Shown one piece after another: positions 13,901 to 26,274 of a stretch of DNA of 64,000 bases. The translations under genes and the position numbers were made by a program. The notes beneath the pieces were generated by a model. The model saw only the letters and a program-made list of their open reading frames with translations. It made no database searches and was not told the origin of the DNA. Origin of the DNA: Amphiscolops sp. MND2022 (lineage: Eukaryota); contig OZ076409.1 of assembly GCA_964187785.1 (NCBI GenBank), forward strand, positions 77,812,001-77,876,000, given 5' to 3'. Positions within the stretch are counted from its first letter, which is position 1, and each line of letters starts with the position of its first letter.

Positions 13901-15324
13901 AACCATCCAGACATTACGAAGATTATACAAGAAGCAAGACAAAAGTATTACTACCCAAATTTTGCAAAATACATCAAAAAATGGGTCAGAAACTGCAAAA
14001 TCTGCATTCAAACCGAACTCATTAACAATGAGTTCCTCAGGACAGAACTCCTCAATCGTCCTGAAGGGGATCCCCTCCCTAAAGATATTTACAGATGGAT
14101 ATTCTACCTAATATTTGTTTGCTTATCCAGTAACTCGCATGACTGCTACGGCCGTATCAAGAGTGATCATGGATATCTTATACAAACATACCTACCTCTC
14201 AACAACCATAATCACAGATCCTGGAACTCAACGCACAAGCAACTGATGAAATTGCAGCAGTTCTTCGAAATGAACAGAAACATGCAACAATGAAACATGC
14301 ACAAACAATAGGACTCCTTGAGAGAACCCATGCATCAGTAAAAACACACCTAAAAGCCGCAACAGGCGCAATCAGGAACAACTACTTCCCATTGGCAGTC
14401 CTTAATCACCATACCACATACCATGCATCACACGGTTGTGAACAGTCACGAGACTTTCATGGTCGAATACCACACAATAAATTGACTACAACTTTGGATA
14501 CAACCTCAATCCTAGATATCAGACACAATCAGACATTGCTAAGAAAACTCAAAAAGAAAGAATATTCTTCTAGACCAAACTCTGAAGAACATAATGCAGT
14601 CTTATCTTAACGACAACGCCTATTATGATCGGAAAGCAAAAGCAGCTCCGCTTGAAACTACCGAATAATTCTACCTGGTAAACCCGAAGGCTGATACACA
14701 AGCAACAAAAATACCGTTTCGCGAAATTGGATAATGCACACCGTATAAAATGGAAAAAATCTTTTCCAACAGTAATTATATACTACAAAGACTTGGTACT
14801 AGCAAAACACAACTGTTACATCGGATTCGCTAACGGAACGTTACTCCGCAAGCACTACTAGCTGACATTTTTGTTCGTAAAACCGATTGGCAAAAAGATG
14901 ATCAGATACAGGTATCCTAAGACGATCTATATGCCCAAACATGGAACACTAACTTTGGATCGATTCCAATTAATATTGGTCTTCCGGATTACTCTCAAAA
15001 TACTGATGACACTCAGAATACATCGGAATTCAAATACCTGAAAATAACCACATACCCTCTCTTGAATTTTTAAAAAGTAGTGAGGGAGCCCAGTGGACCA
15101 CAGAACTAGAAGAATATAATGAGAACAAAATCCCGCAACAAATCAGTTAAGATGACAAAAAGACCCATAAAAACAAAAAGAAACAAATAGTACATCTAAT
15201 AATGTCGATCCCTAAAAACCGCAGAAAACCGTACTGCAAGAAGAACCCATAAATACCCGATGGTGAAAAGTACAACTTACGGCCAAATCCCAACCTAAAC
15301 TACTCTGAATCATACAGATACTAA
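10950..15324 (+). pseudogene. pol: Decayed Gypsy pol (PR-RT-RNase H-IN) with many frameshifts and stops
   Basis: Fragments DGVIDTGA (protease), WFPT, KYGIITTLPFSKY, AQRKSNGRLRLHVDLRKIN, KLDCS, APIAFGSK, PPALWNACDFVLQ, AADFLS, HGHNSNHP..CKIC, KHAQTIGLLERTHASVKT and terminal KYNLRPNP are collinear with the intact pol at 40477-44817. Confidence 0.93.
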
Positions 15325-15545
15325 GAAAACAAATGCAGAGAAACTCTTCTCTTCATCTCTACCTTCTTTAATATGCACTATTGTGTGAACCTAAAGTTTC
15401 CTCGTTAATTTTCAAACTGGTCGGTGCCCAGCCAAATAATTGACTAGTTGCAACGACATACAAAAAATACAGAATAAAAAAAACACAAAAATACAAAATT
15501 GTAAACGAAAGTCAACATTCAGTTATTTTTGCTCTTTGAAGAGTT

Positions 15546-15753
15546 TGAAATCAATCTGTTTGGAGCCTCTTCCTGCTCCGCCTACAAACACCGACTGAGG
15601 TCAACAAAAGTCCTACTCAATGAAGAACCAGGCGAAGGAGTGCTATTTACTAAAAACACTCCTTCGCCTGGTTCTTCATTGAGTAGGATAAATGTTGACC
15701 TCAGTCGGTGTTCGTAGGTGGAGCAGGAAGCGGCTCCAAACAGATAGATTTCA
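15546..15753. repeat. Long inverted repeat (hairpin with ~97-bp arms)
   Basis: tgaaatcaatctgtttggagcc...gaagaaccaggcgaaggagtg pairs with cactccttcgcctggttcttc...ggctccaaacagatagatttca, with few mismatches. Confidence 0.93.
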
Positions 15754-15849
15754 GCAGTGCTAGTACGTCTCACAATACGGGGTTGTTGTAGTAAATGACA
15801 CATTGGGCCTCTCAAGCCGCAAGACAGCTTTCCTGTATTCAGTCTCTAA

Positions 15850-18800
15850 TTTACCTTGAAGAGCCATTTGTCGGGCATGGTTTCCCTTTAAAAAAATCCA
15901 AATTAAAACTTCTTATCCGATAACAATTCAGTCTTCGTCCCAATAGACGGAAAACACGACTGACAGCCTTCGGGTACCGGAACAGGCTTGAAACATGTGG
16001 CACCGTCTGGTAAGAAGTTTGAAGACTGATTATACAGGACTGGAAAGAACATTTATCAGACTCAAGAGCTGGAATCGGTACCTCAAATAAAGATGGCACC
16101 TCCACTAAAGGCGCCAGGCAAAAACATGAATGCCTAAACAATTGTAGCAGTTCTGGTCGGCATTGATATTCGTAATGAGTAGCAATAAACTGAATTCAAT
16201 CATCAAATTCAGGTACTTTGATATGAATGATCGGTATTGAGTGACCATCTTCACCTTGTCACTTGAAGAAAATAACCCAACAATGACGAAATGGGTGAAT
16301 AACTTCTCAATAGGTTCAGTGTAAACGTTTTCAGGACTAACAAGAATTGCGGAAGAATCGAGAGCTGACAGTCCTCGGAGTAAATTTGACTTAACACTAT
16401 CATGAATCGTTAGTTGATTGCAAAATGCTTTACAGAAACTCACGAACTGCTCTATAAATTTACTTGGACGAGGCAGTTTACTGTCAAGTACTAATCGGTT
16501 TAAATCTTCATTTAGTACAAATTCATAAGCTGTCTTGAAGGGTACACTAGTTGAGTCCGAATCCAGCATAAGGAATGTACCCCAATCTGAGATGTTTCCC
16601 AAGTGCAATCAGGTAAAATGTTTTGTAACTGACTATAGACGAAGACCGCGAAATGATTGAATGAATTGAATTCATCGTCAAGTTGCTTTTGAATTTCAAA
16701 GAAGGCTGAATTGTCTAAAACATAACAGAAAATCCAAATACAGTGTCATTATTTTGCATGGTTGATCTTGCCAATGAACTTAATCAAAAACTGTGAACAA
16801 ACAGTGCTAATCACACAAGGAAATACGAGCTGGACTCATACTCTACGTCACTATGCGGAAAACGAACGAGCGTGTAGCGTAGATCGTCATTTCAATATAA
16901 GAATTATGCGGCACTAGGCGGATTGAGGTGTGGTGACTACTAGGCGGTGAAGGCACAGTTGAGTATGCGTCACTTTGCGGATCAAGGTGTGACGTGTCTA
17001 CGTTACTATGCGCGAAAATGCGTATATGATTACACGTGCTGGAATAATGCAAAGAGAATTAACCATACACCATCCTAGATCCAAATACGATACGCAAATA
17101 GGAAAGACTTTCTATTATGAATGATACATGTTCTGATTACCAGCGAAAGAAGCTGCTAAACAAAGTTGTTTGAGAAAAATAGAAATCTCGAAAAAATACT
17201 TGTTAGAGTATGTCGACTCATACTCACGGATATGAGGAACAAAAGTGTCTACTTGAAAAAGAATTATAATAAGCGGAAGTTTTCAAACAGTTAACAACTA
17301 ACAGTGGTCAAGGACACATCTGATGATAAACAGCCTAAGCATAGTCAAATATGCCGTGTCCAGGCAAAAGCACTCATCCAAGGTGTTGGACTGAAAAAAT
17401 TCAAGAAATAAATGGGCAAAACTTAACTACATAAAAAATGAAAACAAGAAGAATAACTTCTCTCATATGTAAACGGGAGGCTGGTAGGCGGGCAACCTGG
17501 TTCAAGTGATCTCGGACGTGTTCCCAGTTACTGGATAGGATTTCTATGAGGCTGGAAGCTTCAGCAAGAAAATATTCTATATGAAGTACAAACTGAAACT
17601 AAATAACAAAATCAACGAAACTTTGAAATTGATCTAAGTTAGACAAGAAATGATAACTACTTTGTTCAAAAGTGGCAATTTTTGCAACCAATCACTACCC
17701 AACGCAGTTCTGAGCTTCAAAAATAAAAATCCAGAATCGTTCTGAAGTCATGTCGTTCGATAAATTGTGCTGTGGGAATGACCAAACAAAGTTATCTTCG
17801 ACAGCGTTTTTTTACCGAGACAAGGAGGAAGATAAGCAGTCATTGATTTTGTCACCAAATCCAATGCGCGATATGCAAGTTGGGTGAGTTTCGAAGAGAC
17901 TTAGGAACGACGAAAACAGAGAATGATATTTTCGAGGAAGTAACATTCCTCGTGGGGCTCCGCCAATACAAACACGTTGTAGCACATTTTTTGATCAAAA
18001 GAAGCATAAATCTTACGACTACTTGAAACTTTTAGCGGAAAAAGAGCTTCAACATTTAATGACAAAAGTTGTGGAACAATTCAATAGAACTTACACAGAG
18101 ACGCTGTTGACTCCAATTATGTACTGACAAACGATCGCTGGAAGTTATTCGCACTAGTTCTTCGTACATTCCTGTTAGACTGGCAATGTTTGTCGTAAAG
18201 GGGCATCCCTGGTACGTCCTTTCGAATCCGGTGCTCTTTGAATAGATGAGAATCAAAACGGTAATGAGAGAACAATTCTAAACTTCAATGGCTCATAAGC
18301 GACAACTCTACACTACCCGACACCACCACCTAAAAGATGACTTGTTTTTGTCCAGGGGAAAACTTCAGAACTGGATGACGTTTGAACATACACCCATTTA
18401 AGGAATATTTATGCCTCCGGCGCTTTCCGCGTGGCATTGTAGGTCATGTAGGACGGCTCCAGTAGCTGCCTGGGCGGCCATCTCCTCTTGGCTTGACGTG
18501 GCAAAAAATATTGTCGGAGTAGTATCATCTACCACAGTGAGCGCCATGGTTTGATTAAGGTCAACTTCTTTTCCTGTATTGAACTCTTGACGACTCATAC
18601 CGAGAACGTTTGACAAGATAAGGACCTCTGGCCTAGTGATGGCAAAATTAGGAAGCCCTGTCTCAGAGAAAGTTACTTCCCTCGGAAGACCTTGAGTGTC
18701 CGGTGGATTTTCCATTCCTCCACAATCGAGAGGTTCTTCTTGCTCATGAGCAAACGAAGTTGTCTGTGCTGTCACTCTATATTTTATGTTGTCGGACGAA

Positions 18801-19500
18801 TTGACTAAATCGCGCATAAGAACGCTGGTTTACATTGGAGGAGTTTGGGTTTTCGAGGAATTTATGGGTAGCATTGCCCAAGGGCTTCTGTATGACTCTC
18901 GAAGCAGCTGTATCTCAACGGTAACAGGATCAGGCAATGGTAAAGGACTCTCCTCGTGTATTGGACCTGTCTTAAGATTCTCTCCTGAAGTTTTGAAAGA
19001 TGTCAAATTATGAGCAGATTTATTCGTTATCCTCTCGTCAAATTGTAGGGGAAGATTGGTTAATGAATCTGTTGTAACAGATTTCTTCGAAGACTGCGGC
19101 GAAGCGTAGAACTTTGCGGGTGAGTTGGATGGAATGACTCAAGCCGATTCTTGTTCAACTAAAACAAATGATCTGTTGCTATAATGAAAAACGAACATAT
19201 TCTGCAAGCGAGAAATGTTCTCTGATTGTCTGAAGCCGGTCCTGCGGACAGGAAAAAAAGAAAAACGGAAGTCGCTTAGAAGTTAGAAACGGAAACGTTT
19301 CAAAAAATTCCGAACTTGACATAGGTATCACATGAGTCATTTTCATTTTGCGGGCCTGATCAGCTTTGCAAAATCGCAAACCCAAACAAAGTGAAATAAA
19401 TTAAAATTATCATGAATTATGTTGAACTTACACGATGAAGCTTCGGGTGGTACATCGGAGCTCCAAAGGTCATCACGATGATGAGGGACGTGGCCTCTTC
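15850..19500 (-). pseudogene. Decayed antisense accessory gene of the old Gypsy element (homologue of 36011-40126); boundaries approximate
   Basis: ~18190-18280 (minus) reads HYRFDSHLFKEHRIRKDVPGMPLYDK, compared with RHFGSDKHWFRDVAYRVQKDLPVYSR. 16105-16608 reads FVSFCKAFCNQLTIHDSVKSNLLRGLSALDS, compared with FRNRCREFVDHLVDVILAQQVVSSDFFQGLYCFCP. An S/T-rich N-terminal part lies at 18398-19150. Confidence 0.7.
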
Positions 19501-19944
19501 GAGATTTTATCCTGGATTTGAATCCATTTACTGTGACTGGTGATAGAATGACCAACAGGCAGAAAACGAACAATTTAAACAATTCAAAGTTAGAATGGAA
19601 ACAATACCATGTAATAAACAGAATAAAGCAGTCTAGATGTGCAATCAAAAAGGTAGAAGCACCGAAAAATTTTATCTGTGAGTCCTGATATTTTTGACAG
19701 AACTAATTTTTTGACTCAGAACGGATCAAATAAAGACTGTGAAACAAAAAGGATTAGCGTAACAAGAACGGCAAAAAGCGAATGATGCAGTTGTGTGCAA
19801 ACGAGCAAAATGCAAGCTAAACTTTGATTTGCTGAATAAATGTCAATCACGTCTGCCAGCGTGATTGATTGACTCATCGCAAGTTTTGAAACCAGTACAT
19901 ATATGTACACGTTGTGGAAAGAATAATTTTGGAACGACCTAATA

Positions 19945-20070
19945 CGCGAGAGTATGCGGCAACATGCGTATCAATTAGTGACGACTATGCGGCAGTTTGC
20001 GGATTTGGAGTGAAGAGTATGCGGCATTATGCGGTTTGACTAATGATGCACACTCGGCATGCTACGGATT
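19945..20070. promoter_or_regulatory. Cluster of TGCGG-N5-TGCG(G/T) motifs; putative internal bidirectional promoter of the old element
   Basis: Copies at 19955, 19988 and 20020 lie between the antisense gene and the sense 3' ORF. The same 10-bp-period motif occurs in the LTR (22146, 22211, 22269). Confidence 0.45.
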
Positions 20071-20820
20071 TCACTACATGCATACAAAGGTTTAGTTCAA
20101 TGCTGTGAATAGTTGAAAATGATTGATTGAAACAGTATTACGTAATCAAACCAGAGAAACTACATACTCTTTATCACAGAAAGACATGTGAAACTGTTAA
20201 TGAAGTACACGTGATTGTTACCCTTTTAATGTAAATTTGTTTGCTAGTTTGATGCTAACGTGAGATTCCATTTTTCCATTTTTGAGGCAAACTCCAAGTG
20301 AATATAACAATGAAACGGGACTTGATTATTCGTTATTAGGTCCCCATTCACTTTTCAAGTTCGGGATTCAACTAGCGCAAATTTGTCAAGAAGAGTCGAT
20401 TCCTTGAAAGTGAAACAACACATTATGCAACATTTTCTCAAATTTTCACATTTCCTCTGGACTTAATCATGCAAATCTGGATAAATATGATTTTAGTGAG
20501 TGTTTTTGTGATGATGTTTTTGTAGTTACTGTTTTGATAGTTAGTGTTTTACATCAGTTAGTGTTTTTATATGATTTTAGTTAGTGTGAACATGAGACCC
20601 CGCAAAACCCGTATAAGGGAATCAGACCATGACACTCAAGTTTTTTGCAAGCTTTTGTCATAGACGAGAGGAATAGGGAAGTCCACCACCATATGGTCTT
20701 CAAGCTAATCAAAAATCAGCTGCTCTAGTCACAACTTCGAAAAATCAATCATCTTAAAATCGGTTCACTCAAACACTCAAATGTAACAATCTACATCAAA
20801 ACTGATAACTCCGTAGAAAA

Positions 20821-21877
20821 ATGGACAATATGCAATTTAGTCTAGACGAGATTTTCGACAACTTCAGATCGTCTCCCTCTATAATAGATGTTTCTAACGA
20901 ATCAGGTGAGGAACTCACCGTGGAAACCGGAGATGCCTAAACGATAAACGAGAGATTTCACGTAGGCGCTCTTAGATCAGATGCCATTGCAGTTTTTGTG
21001 GGAGCCGCAGCTACAGCGCTCTTTCCTTCTCCATCACTTCCCTAACAACTTACGGAAGTTTTTGATACGGGTGGTCGTAACTTGAAAGACAATTGCTCGA
21101 TTTAATGGACGAACAAGAAAGCAACCAGTCATTGTCGCCGTCCGTTTTCATTGACAAGGAGCTTGAGGAATCGACATGTCACTGGACGATGCAAGAGGTT
21201 CCTCTGAACAGTTTCGGTAGACACTCAGCTGCAATCTTATCCACTCCCAACGGAAGAGGCAGAGGAAGAGGGATACTAACACGACGAAGACCAAACTATC
21301 CGCCTGGTTATACACAGAACATGAGTAACATTCCTACAGTAGAGAACAACAGGCCAGATCCCCGAATGGTGAGCACCATCAGCATGGATCATCATTACCA
21401 GAATAATCTCAATGGCCCAAATTTCAATATACCTCCTGAAAATGTCATTCAGCATTTGAATCCGGTGCCACTAATGATACAGATTCAACCGAATATGCCT
21501 AACTACACAGGAGTGCGCCAAGATCTTCCTATGTTCCCCTCTTACCCATCATACAACAGAATTTTACGGCGCACGGAACTCATAGTACAAATATACTTCT
21601 AATGCACTCAGGAGAAAGAGACACATAGAGAATCTCCCCTACGGTATTGCCCCATGTCGCAGTTTTCTGCAACTGGTGTGGTAAAACCTCTGATCAAATA
21701 GCCGTAGAAATATCGGGAGAATATCAACTGTCGACAGCGTATGAAGCCGAGACAGTGAGGTATCGTAATGTTCGATCGCGTGCCTTCATCGACAGGTTCG
21801 AGGCAGCCCAGTTGACTTTGAAAGATGCGGGACTGTCGCAGCCCAGTAGATGCGTGAGGACCGAAGTGCACCAGTAG
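20821..21877 (+). pseudogene. Decayed sense-strand accessory ORF running into the 3' LTR (acidic N-terminus, GRGRG, P/N-rich, CxxC)
   Basis: Made of ORF pieces 21093-21602 and 21647-21877, plus an upstream IIDVSNESGEE. The last piece crosses the LTR start as ...AGLSQPS. Confidence 0.55.
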
Positions 21878-23195
21878 TTGAAGGCAAACAGAGACAATCA
21901 TTGCATTAATACTCCAAAAATTCTCAATGAGAAACTTTCTTTGCCTTATGCATTTTCAAAAAAGTCATGTAAACATCCTAAATAGCAGTTATAATATGAG
22001 TCTTGTTTTATACGTTGCAAAGTGCCCAAAGTAGAAGCAGATTTAGACGCATGTGCTTAAATATTGAACTGATGACTAATATGTTACATAACAACATCAT
22101 TTTTCAATTCTAACTTTGCTCAATATTCATTCATGCTATTGACAATACGTCATTATGCGGTCCGAGACCTGATGAATACTCACAACTATAAGTTTTTCAT
22201 AACAACACTATGCGGCATCCTACGGATCAATGCCTGACGATTACTCGTCAATATACATTTTAGTTATATGCGGTACTCTGCGTTTTGACAAGTGACGGTC
22301 ACTCGTCAACATTCGTTTTTCGCTTGATAGTCATCCAATGTAGTCAGTGCTGTTATACAGTTGAATTATACCCCTAATGGTAATTATTGTGATGTTTTAA
22401 ATATCTTTCTGGGGTCCGTAGGATCCGCATTTTGATTCTGCGTGTCAGACTATGGAATGTAAACAGTAATGACGTTTTAAAGATGTAATTCAGTTTTGTA
22501 ATTCTCCCAGTTTTTCAGTTTTTCAGAAACAAAAGTACAGTGAATCAGAATCATTCGAGAAAAAATTTTCATCAAAATCAGTTGCTCAAAAACATCACTC
22601 TCCCTGATAACTTTGTAAGGAGCAGTCTAGTTCAACAGTTGTTCCTTTTCTTCAATCTCCTGGATGTAAAGATACTCCCGTATATTTCACATTCTTGACT
22701 CGACGAATACCTTTTTCAATTGAGCGAAGTGGGAAACAAGAGAAATAGAGGTCTAGAAGACTATATACGCCATCTCCGGAGAGAGAAGTAGAAAGGACCC
22801 AAGTTGAGACACCTAAAACAGGTAATGAGACTTTAACTAATTATAACACTCTTGTTCAAGGAATTTTAGGTGAAAATAACACGGAGAATCAATTGACTGA
22901 AACTAGCCAAATTAGTAACGAAATTTAAGCTTGGACTCAGATAATCGAGCGTCAAATCCAACGTCCTAAATGAATGAATTACAAGGTACACAACCATCGG
23001 GATCCAAAATAAGTAAGTCTATAAGAGTTCAAGCATCTAATAACGAAGATTCAGACACAGAAAACGAAGATTATCCTCTTAGAGCGTTTAAATTAAAATA
23101 ATTAGGACATCCTGCAAAGCCTTTATACCGTACCGAATTAGACCTAGACGAAACCATAATATCAAATGAAGAATCGGAAGAAGAGGATTATCACA
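21834..23195 (+). repeat. 3' LTR of the old Gypsy element (~1.36 kb), including a decayed gag N-terminus (~22732-23195)
   Basis: TG...CA ends. The last ~460 bp read like a gag start (GNKRNR..TPSPERE..ETP..SNEESEEEDYH), as in the LTR of the young element. Confidence 0.8.
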
Positions 23196-23460
23196 ATCCT
23201 CATCTACCTTACTGGTCTTCGTGGTTTGGCTGACTTGTAACGTTCACTTCAATGCTTCAGCAATAGGGTTTCAAAACACCGGCCGTCGGTATGAAAGAAT
23301 ATGTCCATTCTTCTGATCTTCATTGAAAGGGGAAAATTATAACTGCGAGTGATATCATTTGATGCAGCAAGCAACATTTACCATCAAAATTTTAATTAAA
23401 AAACAATGAATGCCTGTTAAAATGATCTCTTTCGACAACATAGACGGATCAAAAACTTAC

Positions 23461-23662
23461 GATTTTGAGATAACATGCAAGTAGGTTAGCAGTACAGGGT
23501 GCAGAAGTATTTCTTTTGACTCTGACTCTGTAACATCTAGCTCAGATAATTGGATGAACAGGTCTGGTTTTAGAACGGAACAGCAATGATCTGGATTGAG
23601 TTCACTCGTGAATAACGCGAAATCAACCTCCACTTTCAAGTTTGGGTCCTCTTTGCAAAGAC
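23461..23662 (-). CDS. Exon of a putative TRPA-like ion-channel gene (pre-S1 region); possibly a pseudogene
   Basis: Bounded by a tttcAG acceptor and a GTAAGT donor. Translates as GLCKEDPNLKVEVDFALF...KEILLHPVLLTYLHVISK, resembling the TRPA 'LLxHPVxxxYL' motif. It is phase-compatible with the upstream exon. Confidence 0.5.
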
Positions 23663-23994
23663 CTGAAACAAATCTAGGTCAGAAATCTCAACAGTTAGGA
23701 AATGTGAAACGAAACGTTGATAACAATTCTTTAAAATCAAAAAACTATTTTTCAATTACAAAAAAATCCTGATACGGAATATCTAATTGAAGATATTGAC
23801 TTTCCTCGATTTGAAAACATTGTCAGACTTGTTTCAATTTCGCAAAGTAAACAATTTTCTAATTTCAAATTTCCGAGTTTTTCTTGAGTTTTTTGTTTTT
23901 GGGCTGCTTGAATTCCGAATATTGAGAAACCATGTTTAGTAGGTCCGTTTCTCAGGCCAAGATATAGATCTTGGGTCATATTAAAAGAGACTAC

Positions 23995-24382
23995 CTTCAT
24001 AATTTATTTGCTTGTCCAGGATTTTCAAAAGTGTTGCTGGCCATTTTTCCATCAGAATTGGAAACACTCTCTTAACTGCTTGCATGGAAGTTTCTCTGAA
24101 ATCTTCTTCATCTTTAATCAAAAGTGAATCAAAAGCTTTCTCCCCGTCTTTGGTTGGTTGTTTGTCAATAACATCATAGCTTTGAAAATGACCATCCACT
24201 TCGTTTGTTAGAAGAAGCAGTGTCTCTACCATTAAAGGTGTTCTGGCTTCTTTTAATAAACTTGGGTCTTTGAGAAGTGCTTTGGGATTCCGAGAGATGT
24301 AAGCTGCAACTTTCGCAACATCGTTTGCAGCTATGAAATCGCGAATTGAGGGGTCAGCGTTGGGTTCTTCAGAAGCGTTCAT
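23995..24382 (-). CDS. Upstream exon of the same putative TRPA-like gene
   Basis: The ORF reads MNASEEPNAD...ILMEKWPATLLKILDKQINYE. Its phase-1 donor G|GTAG joins in frame to the exon starting at 23662. Confidence 0.5.
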
Positions 24383-26274
24383 CAGAGGAATCGATGTCTT
24401 GAAAAAGTTAAGCTTCAAAAGTATCGACAGTTCAAGTTTCAAAAACAAAACATAATGTGCACAATTTATTTAATTGTTCTACATAGTGAAGGAAGCCAAG
24501 AATTACATGATGTAATAAAGTATACCGTAAAGAGGTATTCTCTGCAGAGGTCGAACATGAACGCGAGATCTAAATCACAAATTCTCTGCATCAATTTGTA
24601 TTTAAAGTTCTGATCCAAAGTTAACCCAAAACAACTACACAAAGGCAGCAATCGAATAATTTATATACAGAAGATGAAGATCTACCAGGAAGAATGAAAT
24701 TTTTAAAAGAAAATCACAATTTAGTCCGCAACGTTTTGCAAGCCAATGGAATCTTTACTTGAAAATGATTACTTAGACATTTTGATTCATTGAGGTTTCC
24801 TCGATTTGTGATTCCTCAGAGGATCATGAGATAAGATTGATTACGAATGTAGTATCAGATTTCATTGCAACTTCATGTCTAACTTAGAAACGAAGTCATC
24901 GATAGGTTCAAAGAAAAACATATTTTAGTTTATTTTTGTTTCGACATTCATCTTTTGTGCAGAAAAATATATTTCAAAATTGAAAAGGGTTTCGCTGTAA
25001 TTTACACATTGAGGAAATTTCGATATAATGAGCACGCTTGATCCATTCAGTTGAGTTTATAACATTCACTGGAAATGAAAAAAGGAGCTTCGCATGAAGA
25101 AAATTTTCCGAATTTAAAAATCAGTTCTAAATTAAAACGCAAAGAACAGAAATTTCAGTTGAGCTTTGGCTGCACCTATCAACCAATCCTTGGTGAATCA
25201 ATATTTAATCTTTATCATTTTCCGTCAATATTGTAAAAAATATTTCCGTCTATATGGTAAAAAATTACTATTCCAAAATTTGCCATGTTCCAAATTCAAA
25301 CCCAAATTATAGAGTGTCGTCCACAGATGTCAACAGCCAAAATCCTAATTTCGTGCCACATGTAAAGACTGATAGAATATTTGAGTCTGACCAAAACGAC
25401 ACCGAAATTGAAAAAAAAATCATCACTTCTTTTTCGAAATTTGACATCTTTCGAACAATTTTTTTGTAGTGAGTTAGAATGTTCAAAATCTCAACAATGA
25501 AGAAATTAGCTATGCAGTTCGTTTTGTGAAGGGAAATTTGCAGTTTGAGTATCTTTTAAGCATACCGTCTTGAGGAAAATGCAGTGTAAATTTTTTGGAA
25601 ATTTCAATGTTCTGAAAAAACAAATTCTCTGAAAAAGAACAAAAGCAAAAACATGACAAGGTGTGTTTTAAATTAATGATTTGTGCTATTTTTGTGCTAT
25701 GATAGTTGCTTTCAGAAGATATGATTAGCCTCCCTATTTGACCGAGGAACTTTGACTAGTCAAACATTTTGTGTACGAGTTTATTCCGACGGAAAAATTA
25801 AAGCATGTCAGGAATTGAAGTGTGGCGAAAATATCAACATTATTTATGTAAGGCATTGAAAAGGGAGAAAAAATTCAGCTTTTCACCGTGTTGAACTTTC
25901 TTGTACACATTTTGGACGTTTCCGTGGCTATCCTTTTTCTAATGTTTTCGTTTGCAAAATCCACATTCAGCTTGTTGTTTAGATTAAAGCGTTGGGCCTG
26001 TGTTAGCGCGGCATCGGATTCACTTCTCTCTCAACTGAGCACACCTGTGTTTTGAACAAGCTCTTAATACTAACTTAATGGTATGGTATGAAAAAAACAA
26101 TTAGGTGAGAAAACAAAATGAAAAAGCAATCACGGTCAGCCAGATCTTTGAGACCTAGAGCGAGTGACTATGGAATCACAGTTTGGAGGTCACCATCAGT
26201 TGATAACGTGGCTGCAACATATTGCTGCTTGTATTGAAGGTATGGCTTTTTGGGAAGAAAGTATTAGGAAATGA

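Larger units (their letters stand above)
7785..23195 (+). mobile_element. Old, decayed and composite Ty3/Gypsy LTR retrotransposon
   Basis: Homology between the LTR copies begins at TGTCGC (7785 and 21834). The right LTR ends ...TTATCACA at 23195. The flanks gtcct (7780-7784) and atcct (23196-23200) form a 5-bp TSD with one mismatch. A decayed pol lies inside. Confidence 0.75.

Noticed and set aside
21177..21182. TGTCAC as the start of the old element's 3' LTR
   Set aside because: Homology with the 5' copy and the TSD place the start at 21834.
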